A stretch of DNA of 63,763 bases, counting the filler, from Collodictyon triciliatum (Eukaryota), in the NCBI GenBank assembly GCA_043381765.1. It is 29 parts of 29 records of this genome, joined end to end, with 100 filler letters (N's around TTAATTAATTAA, not from the genome) between each part and the next. Parts side by side here need not be neighbours in the genome. Positions count along the whole stretch, not along the records: positions 25,614 to 27,644 come from JBHJMP010009682.1; positions 27,745 to 29,775 come from JBHJMP010009683.1; positions 29,876 to 31,906 come from JBHJMP010009684.1; positions 32,007 to 34,036 come from JBHJMP010009685.1; positions 34,137 to 38,180 come from JBHJMP010009686.1; 24 more parts are not named here. One strand, written 5' to 3'. Each line of letters starts with the position of its first letter. The first letter of the stretch is position 1. Below, piece after piece: positions 25,614 to 37,185 of the stretch. Below the pieces are notes generated by a model, which saw only the letters and a list, made by a program, of their open reading frames with translations, did no database searches and had not been told where the DNA came from. Made by a program: the position numbers and the translations under genes.

Positions 25614-27023
25614 AGTTACGAAAGTTAAAAAAAGAGCCATCTTCAAGAAACTCGAAATACCGGAATAATACATAGAATGGCTATAACGCATTTGCATCAT
25701 ATCATTCCCAGCGATATTGTAAAAGGGATCGAATATGATGTCAAAGTCAATCCAAATAAGTACATTTCATGTTTGATTTACATGAATCGCATTTTTGAGG
25801 CCATTGGAACCAAACTGTTTCAATCAATCTCTATAAGAACTAATAATATACCATGTCATGTTACTCCAGGTACTGCATGTTTGATAGATAGATTAGTATT
25901 GTCTGGAAAAGCATTTTTACTGAAGAATATACCAGGATGCAAAGAGACACTATGAGATGACTTCTTTGAAATGAAGAATATGGTCTTTCATCAAAGAGAC
26001 TACAATTTTAAATATGATACAAACAGACGGCTTGGCAGTGCCATCATTGTTTGAAAAGAAAGGTATTTCAAATTCAAAATTCCAATTTAATCAAAAACCC
26101 ACCAAGAGTATGTTTATATGAACTTACCGAAGAGCAGCTATCTTTATTAGCGACAAAAAAGAAAGTCAGAGGGGACACAAGCAAGTTTAATTTGATTTAC
26201 GTGGTGGGTGAGGCAGGTAAGAAATTACGTTATACGGCACACCAAACAAGACATGATAGCAAATCCCTTAAAAATCACAAAATACTCTTGCACGAGAAAA
26301 AAAAAATACAATGCTTCAGAGATATGCATGGCAACAGATTTACAAAGTGCTGTCTCTTTTGTCACATGACTTTTGAAGAGAATCAGCGGTTTGAGACATC
26401 AAGAATATCTTTAATCGATTTAGAGACAGAACTGACTAAACATAATTCATGCATCGTCGATTAAGAAAAATTTCGAAAATACGTACCTATGAAATCAAGA
26501 TACCAGATAGAACTTTGCAGATTTTATGAACAAGTAACTTTCCGGAAGATGAGATAGAGACAGTATGTTAACACAAAAAGAAGTGAACCATGATTTATGA
26601 ACCGAATCGAAAAGACATTTGGCAAGGATGTTGTACTGGCGTATGAGACTGGAGCAGAAAATGTCAGATGAGGTATTTGATGCCACCAATCGGAAGGGCA
26701 TTACGAAAAATATTATCCAAATGTTTTGAAACGGTTAGTGTAGATGAATTTAGAACCTCCAAGATGTGCTGCAACTGCGAAAAATAATTGGAATGTATGA
26801 AACTGAAAGGAAATTCAAAAAAAAATTGTATAAATGTCTCGTATGTAAAGAAGGCAATCGCTCAGAAAGCAAACAAAGTGCATTCTTGAAAAGGCAGTTT
26901 ACTAGCGCTAAAAATATACTGAAGTATTTTCAATCATTCAAAAAAAAAAAGCATACATATTTCCCTAAAAAACAGGCTGTCGGGTCTTCCCTGGCAGCCT
27001 TCGCCACTACACAATCTTTGTGA
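25614..27023 (+). pseudogene. Fanzor1 (eukaryotic TnpB-like RuvC RNA-guided endonuclease), degenerate and 5'-truncated by the contig end
   Basis: Ordered motifs across frameshifts: YDVKVNPNKY..IYMN..KLFQ..IRTNNIP; IQTDG; RuvC-I KVRGDTSKFNLIY..KKLRYTAHQ; FMNRIEKTFGKDVVLAY/DWSRKCQMRYLMPPIGRALRK; RuvC-II VSVDEFRTSKMCCNC; LYKCLVC; RuvC-III-position FLKRQFTSAKNIL. Confidence 0.88.
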
Positions 27024-27081
27024 AAAAAAGTGGTGAGACCTTGGATACTAGCGCACCAGTTTTACCAATCGATAGATGGTA
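26974..27081 (+). ncRNA. Candidate Fanzor omega RNA scaffold
   Basis: Back-to-back hairpins overlap the ORF 3' end: 26974-27000 (11 bp, 2 G-U), 27001-27036 (8 bp with 1 G-U plus an inner CACAA/TTGTG stem), and a weaker one at 27063-27081. Confidence 0.55.
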
Positions 27082-28208
27082 TACTCCTTCTAGTACATAA
27101 TATAACACCACGCGCCTGGGGAATATGTTTAGATGCATCAACCACCATATTCTCCCAATCACATACTTCGCTGGGGTTTAAGATACACGCAACGCAGACT
27201 TTGGTGGCCATATTCTCCCTCAGTGCCTTCCCTCAGGGACATAAATCCACATATGGATATGATACAGAACAAGATTTGTTCCTGGAAGACTTTGTCGGAT
27301 TCGACTCCACATTAAAACCTTTTCATTGAAATGTTGATACTTTGCTCCGCGCAACAGAACCACAAATAGTTCGATACGAAGAGAACAACTCTAAATTACC
27401 ATCAGAAACAGCCCCACTCGAACAACACCAAAAGGCCGCCCCGATCCAATCCCCGTTTGCAACAGACACGGGCTGCTTCGCTCTGTCTCGCCCTGCCTGG
27501 CTGCCTCAGATCGCCAGCTTATCGCACTCACACAATTAATAAAAGAGAGAAAGAAAGAGAAAGAAAGAGAAAGAAAGAGAAAGAAAGAGAAAGAAAGAGA
27601 AAGAAAGAGAAAGAAAGAGAAAGAAAGAGAAAGAAAGAGAAAGANNNNNNNNNNNNNNNNNNNNNNNNNNNNNNNNNNNNNNNNNNNNTTAATTAATTAA
27701 NNNNNNNNNNNNNNNNNNNNNNNNNNNNNNNNNNNNNNNNNNNNTTGTTTGTTTGTTTTCATTTTCATGTATTTTCTTCTCCTTTTTTTCTTTTTAACAA
27801 GTGAGACATAATTGATGCGATTTGCGGGGATAAAGGATGTGGCTGGTTTTGAGCAGGAATGATACTTTGCTGTTAGGTCGCAGAGGGGTTAAATGCAAAA
27901 AAGAAACGTCTCTTGTCGTTCACCAGAAGTGAATTCTCCAAAGGATTCCAAGATACTTGCGACGCTGGATGAATCTACAAATATTAAGTTAAGACGTAAA
28001 ATAATAGAAATTAAAAAGAACGGAGTGTCAATTGAATGATGGATGAAAGACTTGAGCTCATGAAACATATTTCATTTTTTATGGTTACTCTGATGATTAC
28101 TCCTGATAGTTTATGCACAAAGGTTGTATGTCACGTATATATAAACCTGCTGGTATTGGTATTATGGAGCATGTTTCTGGTGTCCAAATATAAATCTGGT
28201 CATTTGTC

Positions 28209-28252
28209 AACGGCATAACCTCGCTACACTTTGAATCGAATAAAGGAAAAAA
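28209..28252 (+). mobile_element. Family-A LINE tail-only insertion (44 bp) with a perfect 17-bp TSD
   Basis: AAATCTGGTCATTTGTC at 28192-28208 and 28253-28269 flanks AACGGCATAACCTCGCTACACTTTGAATCGAATAAAGG(A)n, which matches the end of 57436-57650. Confidence 0.9.
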
Positions 28253-28493
28253 AAATCTGGTCATTTGTCGTTGACACACACATGCGATGGTCAGTCTTAT
28301 AGATAAATAATCAAGAGAATTTATTTATTCCTTCTTCCGACACATGTGGATGTCTTCTTTGAGAGCACATAAACACTGTTTTTCCTCTGCAAAATATTGA
28401 GGTTTCTGGTAGGCAAACCAGGTCTTATAAAAGGACATGATTGTACGAAGCAGTCAGAAAAATGCGGGGAATGGAAAATGTGATATAATAGGG

Positions 28494-28572
<79 letters not shown>

Positions 28573-29681
28573 TTTTTGATATTTTCTAAAATTTTATTTG
28601 TGCATGCAGACATAAAGAACACTGCCATACAAAACCATGGGTTGTTCAAGTAAAGAAGAGCACTTACCAGAAGGAATGAGAGAATGTCCCTTTCATAAAC
28701 ACTATTCAGTAGCAAAAATTACATGAAGAAGGGTGTGCCTACAAAAAGAAAAAGACCCAAAAAGATACCCAGCCATCCCTTAGCGTGAATGCTTTAAACT
28801 TTGGTGTATGCCACTGGGATAAAACTTTAATTTTGTTAAAATTTAAAAGTTAATCAAGTATGAATTATATATGGGAGTGGAGTATTGATTGCATTGCCAA
28901 AGGCACGCTCAAGTTCAGAATATCGCAGAGATATTTCAAGTTAGTACTGTCTATATGGCGAGGATAATTATGCGCGATGATACTACGATACTCTCTAGAA
29001 CACGGATTAAAGTCTTAAAAGCAGAAAAACGGAAAATAAGATAATAAAGAGTTGCTCTGTCAACAATTTAAAGTTCATATTTGTGATAGGTTTCGTGCTG
29101 ATTTATTTTGTTTGAATCAGTTCTCCTCTGATATTATCTCGAGCCTTGTACTTATATTCTCTGCAAGTTCGTCGACATCCTGTAGTCCGATTGTAAATTA
29201 TACAAAAAAAACTTCAACTGGTCATGTGACAAGCAGTATAGATAAAAGTAAATCAAGCAAAGCCTAAAATTATCATGCATTCCAGTAAGTAAAAAAGATA
29301 TACATCAGTCATCTCAAAGTGGACATATGGCTTTGTTCCAGTATATTCTTCGTATGTACATCCCATCTCCTCCAAAATGCGGTCTGTATGATATTGCATG
29401 TGTCTGGTTTTCTCCATCAATTTGAATCGGAGTTGGACGTACACCTACCAAGGTATTCAAGATAGATATGAATGTCAAGGCACTTCGAAGGGAAGCATAT
29501 TTGACTCAAGCATAAAGTCATAAAAATGTGATATTGATAAATATTCAGCATACCAAAGGCTCAACCGTAAACAATGACTTCAATTCCGTTTGAAAGGATG
29601 TTTTACATATGTCCGCCATCCTCTATCAAAAAGCAGATCAATTTATTGTTATTGTTTATTTTTTTCCTTTATTCGATATTG

Positions 29682-29775
<94 letters not shown>

Positions 29776-30681
29776 NNNNNNNNNNNNNNNNNNNNNNNNN
29801 NNNNNNNNNNNNNNNNNNNTTAATTAATTAANNNNNNNNNNNNNNNNNNNNNNNNNNNNNNNNNNNNNNNNNNNNGCACAAAATCAATTCAGTTAAAATT
29901 AAGCATCTACCGAGACCCTCGAAATGTGCGCATTGTGGCAATCAGACACATCAAGTTTTTATTTATTTTTACAAGTGATTTGAGGTAAAACTATGAGAGC
30001 TGATTTTGCGAGTTCGAAAGGACGGCCGTATAGCCATTTCGACTGAAAGTCAACATATCGGCCCCAAACAACGTGGTTACCGCCGCAGGTGTGGACAGTA
30101 TGCTTTTTTGAAATGCATGTTTGATGGAATGTTTATAGGGTGGGTTCTTTCTGGGCCGAGGCAACGTCTTGTTTGCAATTTTTGAATTTTTGGATTAATG
30201 TTACAAAATTAAAAATAAAATTTAAATTGATTACGGGAATAGAATGAGATTATGAGGTCTTTTTTAATCTTGTTATATATATTCTAATCGTACTATAATA
30301 TTATTCAGGTTGCTTCTTGGGTTCATCAAAGCTCCTGGTTTCGTCAACCCATATTTAATTCGATGGTTGTCTGTGCAATAAACTGCTATAAATGGGTACA
30401 CTTTCGTTGTACAAAAAGTGTTTTGCCTTGAAAGGGATAAAACCAAGTTCGTCACAACCTTTGTAATAAAGTTAATCCATTTACTGGTTGAATGAGACCG
30501 AAGAGAAAGGAAAAGGATAAAAAGAAAAAGAAAAAGGAAAAAGAGAAGCACCATCTTTTGAAGCACCTCTGTTTCAAGCCTCTATTGAATGATTTTTATA
30601 TAAAAAAATCATCCATCTTACATCACGAGAAGAAATGATAAATATTTCCAAATTTTTTTTTTCATAAAAAACGACGCCCGC

Positions 30682-30726
30682 TGTTGTATCGTTAACTCCA
30701 TAATACATATAGTTAACGATACAACA
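30682..30726. repeat. Perfect 16-bp inverted repeat with a 13-nt spacer
   Basis: TGTTGTATCGTTAACT (30682-30697) and AGTTAACGATACAACA (30711-30726). Confidence 0.9.
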
Positions 30727-31706
30727 ACACTTCAAACAGCACCACAAGAGAGATGAAAAAAAACCATTTTTTGATTACCTGTCATATCGCTAGTACCCAT
30801 GGATGAATGATTAGATACATCCTATTTTAAAAGAAATTAGGGGCAAATANNNNNNNNNNNNNNNNNNNNNNNNNNNNNNNNNNNNNNNNNNNNNNNNNNN
30901 NNNNNNNNNNNNNNNNNNNNNNNNNNNNNNNNNNNNNNNNNNNNNNNNNNNNNNNNNNNNNNNNNNNNNNNNNNNNNNNNNNNNNNNNNNNNNNNNNNNN
31001 NNNNNNNNNNNNNNNNNNNNNNNNNNNNNNNNNNNNNNNNNNNNNNNNNNNNNNNNNNNNNNNNNNNNNNNNNNNNNNNNNNNNNNNNNNNNNNNNNNNN
31101 NNNNNNNNNNNNNNNNNNNNNNNNNNNNNNNNNNNNNNNNNNNNNNNNNNNNNNNNNNNNNNNNNNNNNNNNNNNNNNNNNNNNNNNNNNNNNNNNNNNN
31201 NNNNNNNNNNNNNNNNNNNNNNNNNNNNNNNNNNNNNNNNNNNNNNNNNNNNNNNNNNNNNNNNNNNNNNNNNNNNNNNNNNNNNNNNNNNNNNNNNNNN
31301 NNNNNNNNNNNNNNNNNNNNNNNNNNNNNNNNNNNNNNNNNNNNNNNNNNNNNNNNNNNNNNNNNNNNNNNNNNNNNNNNNNNNNNNNNNNNNNNNNNNN
31401 NNNAGTCGGGTTGCGATTAAAAAAAAGCAAGGGTAAAATTATTTTTTCAAATAAATTTTGGATGTGGGATGAGTTCGCAGTGAGCACCACAGGAAAGTGA
31501 GGGGCGCAAATGAAAAGAGAATAAGACAAGGCTCTCTCTGGATCATCCGAATAAATGCGTCTGTAACCTCCCTTAAAGTAAGTAAAAGGGTATTAACTTA
31601 ATGGCTTATGATGTTAGAAATTAAAATATTTATCGAAAAAAAGTTGTTTTCATATGCACTTCAAACTTTATCGCCAGTAAGAGTGAATAAATAAATAAAA
31701 ATACTC

Positions 31707-31808
31707 GAGAAAACCGTCTTCGCCTCTAGGACAGAAATGAGCTGTGGACAAGACAGTGGAAACCTCCAGATTGTGTGGTTGAAGTTTTTTGTTTTGGGTG
31801 GAAGGAAA
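31707..31808 (-). mobile_element. Fragment of the ORF1-like repeat, downstream part
   Basis: Close match to 43398-43500 (AAACCG.CTTCGCCTCTAGGACA.AAATGAGCTGTGGACAAGACAGTGGAAA). Confidence 0.75.
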
Positions 31809-33321
31809 GAAAAGAAAAGGAAAAGGAAAAGGAAAAGGAAAAGGAAAAGGAAAAGGAAAAGGAAAAGGAAAAGGAAAAGGAAAAGGAAAAGGAAAAGGAA
31901 AAGGAANNNNNNNNNNNNNNNNNNNNNNNNNNNNNNNNNNNNNNNNNNNNTTAATTAATTAANNNNNNNNNNNNNNNNNNNNNNNNNNNNNNNNNNNNNN
32001 NNNNNNGGAAAAAGGAAAAAGGAAAAAGGAAAAAGGAAAAAGGAAAAAGGAAAAAGGAAAAAGGAAAAAGGAAAAAGGAAAAAGGAAAAAGGAAAAGGAA
32101 AAGGAAAAGGAAAAGGAAAAAGGAAAAAGGAAAAAGGAAAAAGAAAAAGAAAAAGAAAAAGAAAAAGAAAAAGAAAGCCACAATACCAACTTCTAGGGCG
32201 GTCAAAGAAGACGAGTTTGGGTTGTGCAGTCCCAGGTGAAACTAGAAGCACGCACGAGCAGGAAGGCCGACGCGCCTGCAGCAAAACCTACGTCCACAAG
32301 TCCCTCGTCAATAGTGCGATCGACTCTCCTCCTTCCCCTGCAAATGCCTTCCAGCCAATGCCTTCCTCAAAGGCCGGGTCAACATCGACGGCCTCCTCTG
32401 TCCTTCCGGTCGGCCTTTTCTCCTTGGCACTCTGATCAGAGAGCGAAAAGTGGACGGAAGCAATTCGGGTTTCATGTAGAATAATGCTATTTTGCGAGGT
32501 TGGTGCGGCCTAAAGAGAAAGTAATTCCTTGTGCCATACGCGCTTATGGTAAAAAGTTGGAACATTTGTCTGTTTAGGTTAATTTCCAGATAAGACACAA
32601 TCGCTGTAATTGGGAAAACGACAACCCCGAAATGGAGAATCTGGCAGCAACCTTCACGGAATCGAACTCAACGCGGCTTGAAGTGTTGACAGGCACGACG
32701 CAATCAGATCTCAACTTCAGCTGATTCAACCTAATAATAATATTTAAGCTTAATATGTATCTTTAGATAGCGACTGTATTATAATTTGAATATTTGAATA
32801 GTAGACAATGAAATCCAGAAATAGAAATGACTATTGCACAAAGTCTGTTGCTCGATGCCTTGCTGTGAGTTAAAAAGGCGATGTCAAATCAAGCTATTTG
32901 TCTTTCATATATGATTCACAGGATTTAGAAGATAATGTGATAGCTTTCATTACAGGAGGGTCCTTTCTTCCTCTCAGTAACTATCATATTCCTGCACAAT
33001 ACAAAACAGTCATCGAGATTACGCATTTTCAAACATACCGATGCGGGTAGATTGCACAAACATATTTGAAGCCTCATTATGAATTTAACTCCAATGAAAG
33101 CCAAGTGGACAAAACCTGCATGAATATGCATGAATTAAAGAATAATTGAATTTGAAGAACAAGAAAAAATAGGAAAAATGTCGTCCTTCGTCTTCATCAT
33201 GATAGAAGCTGTATATGAAGATAGACACCCCCAAAGAGTCTGGTATCCCATCCATCTCATTAGAAAACGAAAAAATAGATGAGCCCAACTCTTACAAAAA
33301 ATATTATAGCTGCTAGATATT

Positions 33322-33511
33322 TGTGGGAATGTGGCATGATATATCTCCCACAACACATTCAGCCCCTTTTATCCACGCAACCAATCAACCAGCTGGGTCA
33401 CCTACCCAACCAACTCGCTGTCGCTGATTCTTTCCCAGTGTTAGCTTCTCCGCAGTTGCATCTCCTAATCACAATTGCTCTCCGCCATACGCACCTAACT
33501 CACCCCTTTGT
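33322..33511 (+). mobile_element. Family-A LINE 3' fragment, diverged
   Basis: WECGMIYLPQHIQPLLSTQPINQLGHLPNQLAVADSFPVLASP is homologous to the 3' ends at 42820-43000 and 57436-57600. Confidence 0.8.
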
Positions 33512-34260
33512 TGGAAGTCTCTTGCTTGAATGGAGAAGAGGAGAACTATTCTATACGCCATATACATATGCTCGATGTCATGTGCTATGAACCCACCCAA
33601 CAAAGCAGCAACATCTCACCTGCGCACAGTGGAATAAAATCGCCCTAATTATCCTCTTTTGGCATGGATAATCTGTAAATGAATACTCAGCGGCACAAAT
33701 CCACATATAGTTGAATATCCGTATAATATACACCGTATAATTATAACGGTATTATGATGTCCTCTTCGTGTCATATTGGGCCTGCAAACCGCCTTCGCTC
33801 ACAACAGCCAGCTTTCTGTCACGGGCAAGATTCAAACGCCAAGAGGGAATTACATACAAGAAGGAATAGTCAAATACTCGAGGTTTGATCGAAGCTAATA
33901 GATGAAAACCATTAAGGAACGAAAGAAAACAAACAAACAAACAAACAAACAAACAAACAAACAAACAAACAAACAAACAAACAAACAAACAAACAAACAA
34001 ACAAACAAACAAACAAACAAACAAACAAACAAACAANNNNNNNNNNNNNNNNNNNNNNNNNNNNNNNNNNNNNNNNNNNNTTAATTAATTAANNNNNNNN
34101 NNNNNNNNNNNNNNNNNNNNNNNNNNNNNNNNNNNNTGTGTGTGTGTGTGTGTGTGTGTCTGTGTGTGTGTGTGTGTCTGTGTGTGTGTGTCTGTGTGTG
34201 TCTGTGTGTGTGTTTGAAGTTAGACTTGAGCTTAGTGTACAGAAGAAAGATTTAGCCTAC

Positions 34261-35177
34261 ACTGTTGCCCCGTGGAAGAAAAAATGATCTCGTTCTTTCT
34301 GCATATCAAGGAAAGTGGATGACATGAATACCCTGATGACACCTTCATCAACCACACGGGACGGAAGATGATCTGAGACACAATATCTTTTGAATCTTTG
34401 TTCTTTTTCGGCCTTAATTACTTCCAGCATATTCCTCTCATCTTCCAAACGGAGCTTCTCAGCTTGTCTCTCCATATCTTCTCTCATCAGCTGTTGTTCT
34501 CTAAACAGTTCAGTTTTCTCCTCTTCTTCTTTGCGCGCATTCAGCAGCTCCTCTTCTATTTTCATAATTTCTGCCCTTCTGAGCTCCTCGATCTTCTCTT
34601 TTTCCTTGGCCAACGAAGCAATTTTTTCCTCCAGTACTCTTTTCGTCTCTGTATATTCCTGCAAGAGTTTCTCTTTCTCTGCGTGCTGTGTTCCTTCCTT
34701 TGATTCTGCAGCAGACTTCAACTCCATGATGGAAACTTCCAGCCCTTTATTTTCCTTCCGCAGATTATCTAGCGTCTCTTTCAAGGAAACCAGCGAAGGT
34801 GATGGTGGATCAGTTTGGACATATTCCTCTACAGTACAGATGCTTTTTTTTCTGTTGGGTAGGAGAACTGGACGCAGCGCTTGTTGCTGTTGTAGTTCTA
34901 AGTGTATTTTTTCCTCTTGTTGTTGAATCATATCTTGGCTCTCCTGCAGTGCTTTTTCCTGCTGCTTGATTTTTTCTTCCAGCTGGGATATTTGCTTCGC
35001 CTTGTTGGCATTTTCTTGCTCCAGACTTTGATTACAACTTTCCAAGGCACGAATAGCCTTCAGTTGGGTCACGCGTTCTGCTTCAGCCTTTGTCTCCTTT
35101 GAGGACGGCGACGCGGAGACACGGCGCTGCTCGGGCGCAATTGCTCGTGGGGTAGGAACTGAACTGGCACAGCCCAT
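34261..35177 (-). CDS. N-myristoylated coiled-coil + DUF4062 protein (TEP1/NPHP3-like STAND N-terminus), first exon
   Basis: Starts MGCASS (myristoylation/palmitoylation consensus), has a long E/K/Q coiled coil, then VIRVFMSSTFLDMQKERD, the DUF4062 opening motif. Confidence 0.85.
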
Positions 35178-36350
35178 AATACTGAGGCTCCTTCCCCTGT
35201 ATCCTGCTGCTGTTGTGTTGCAAGCTGATTTTTGCAAAGGTTATTATATAAATGTGTGCTTGCTACAATTCTTTGGTTTCTTTGCTTACTCTGGTTTTTT
35301 GTTTTGTTTTGTGTGTTTGGTTTCTTTGGTTTCTTTGGTTTCTTTGGTTTCTTTGGTTTCTTTGGTTTCTTTGGTTTCTTTGGTTTCTTTGGTTTCTTTG
35401 GTGTCTTTGGTGTCTTTGAACCGTGCAAGCGATCAGGATTAGAGAATGGAGTTGTTGGTGAATGATTTAAAATAAGGCCTTTTACTGGAGAGAACGGACA
35501 GGGAGTGTTGCCTGGTTGGAAATGAAAAAAAAAAAACACCGTATGAACGGAAACGGTCAAGAAAATATGGGCTCTACCAATTTTGGAGTNNNNNNNNNNN
35601 NNNNNNNNNNNNNNNNNNNNNNNNNNNNNNNNNNNNNNNNNNNNNNNNNNNNNNNNNNNNNNNNNNNNNNNNNNNNNNNNNNNNNNNNNNNNNNNNNNNN
35701 NNNNNNNNNNNNNNNNNNNNNNNNNNNNNNNNNNNNNNNNNNNNNNNNNNNNNNNNNNNNNNNNNNNNNNNNNNNNNNNNNNNNNNNNNNNNNNNNNNNN
35801 NNNNNNNNNNNNNNNNNNNNNNNNNNNNNNNNNNNNNNNNNNNNNNNNNNNNNNNNNNNNNNNNNNNNNNNNNNNNNNNNNNNNNNNNNNNNNNNNNNNN
35901 NNNNNNNNNNNNNNNNNNNNNNNNNNNNNNNNNNNNNNNNNNNNNNNNNNNNNNNNNNNNNNNNNNNNNNNNNNNNNNNNNNNNNNNNNNNNNNNNNNNN
36001 NNNNNNNNNNNNNNNNNNNNNNNNNNNNNNNNNNNNNNNNNNNNNNNNNNNNNNNNNNNNNNNNNNNNNNNNNNNNNNNNNNNNNNNNNNNNNNNNNNNN
36101 NNNNNNNNNNNNNNNNNNNNNNNNNNNNNNNNNNNNNNNNNNNNNNNNNNTTTCTTTCTTTTCTTTCTTTTCTTTCTTTTCTTTCTTTTCTTTCTTTTCT
36201 TTCTTTTCTTTCTTTTCTTTCTTTTCTTTCTTTTCTTTCTTTTCTTTCTTTTCTTTCTTTTCTTTTCTTTCTACTTTCTTTTATTTATCTGTTCAGCCGT
36301 TCTATTATGCCTTTAAATAAAGGAAATATATATTTATTCAATTCCCATAG

Positions 36351-37185
36351 GACCCGATGGACTGCGATTACGTAGAAGATTCCACAGGTGGAGGTTTATC
36401 TTATTTATGGTATCGAGTAATTTTTTTTATTGTTTTCTTAATCTTTTTCTATGCGTTTCTAAAGTCTCCTATTTATAACAGGGCAACTTATCATTCTTGA
36501 AACAAAGAAAAATAAGGTTTGATGTTTCCCGTTTATTTTTGTAGACTTGCCTGCAAACTTTCGCTGTATTACTATATCGAATTCTACTTTATTATGCATA
36601 TATTGTGAATACGTGGTCATTTGTTCAATAGAGGTGATAGAAATGTGATAAAAATCCACAGGAGAAGCTGTTATCGAGGTCATCCTTAGCATCGAATGCA
36701 TCGAGATATGCTCATTCATCTTCAATTATTACCCATCCGAATAGCAAAAGCAGGTATGCAAATCACACACCATTCGAATTCGCGGATAAGGGTCCTGAAG
36801 AGGGGACACTGAATGTCGTTTTGAGGTTTGTTGATAGACAGAAAAATATTCATGAGCGCATAGCCCACATGATATCTTATAAAGCCATTTATTGAATGAC
36901 AAACAATACCACAGATATGTCCAAATGGCGTCAAATGCGTTGGGCGTTTTCATATTAGCTTATTTGATGTACCTTCTTTATTTTGCTGTGAAGACAGATA
37001 TTGATATCAAAATATCAAAACATATGCAAGGTAAATACATGGAAGATATATATGACATATTCGAAACCATATCAGCCGCTCTTTTTTTTTTCTTTTTTCT
37101 TCCTGTTTATAAACTCTCATTTTGCGACAAGATGTTTGAAAGTTTCATCTCCCATATACAAAGATTCACTATGACTAACGACTAA
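36351..37185 (+). CDS. Hypothetical membrane protein, 3' exons; boundaries uncertain
   Basis: AG/GT-bounded segments and a terminal frame with two hydrophobic stretches (ALGVFILAYLMYLLYFAV; ISAALFFFFFLPVY). Confidence 0.35.

Noticed and set aside
34390-34926. 178-aa Ser/Phe-rich plus-strand ORF
   Set aside because: Antisense shadow of the E/K-rich coiled-coil exon.
35477-35485. U5 snRNA loop-1 sequence GCCTTTTAC
   Set aside because: The flanks do not form the required stem; a chance 9-mer.
35590-36150. Long N run, also 30850-31403
   Set aside because: Assembly gap or masking; the sequences either side of 35590-36150 may be different contigs.
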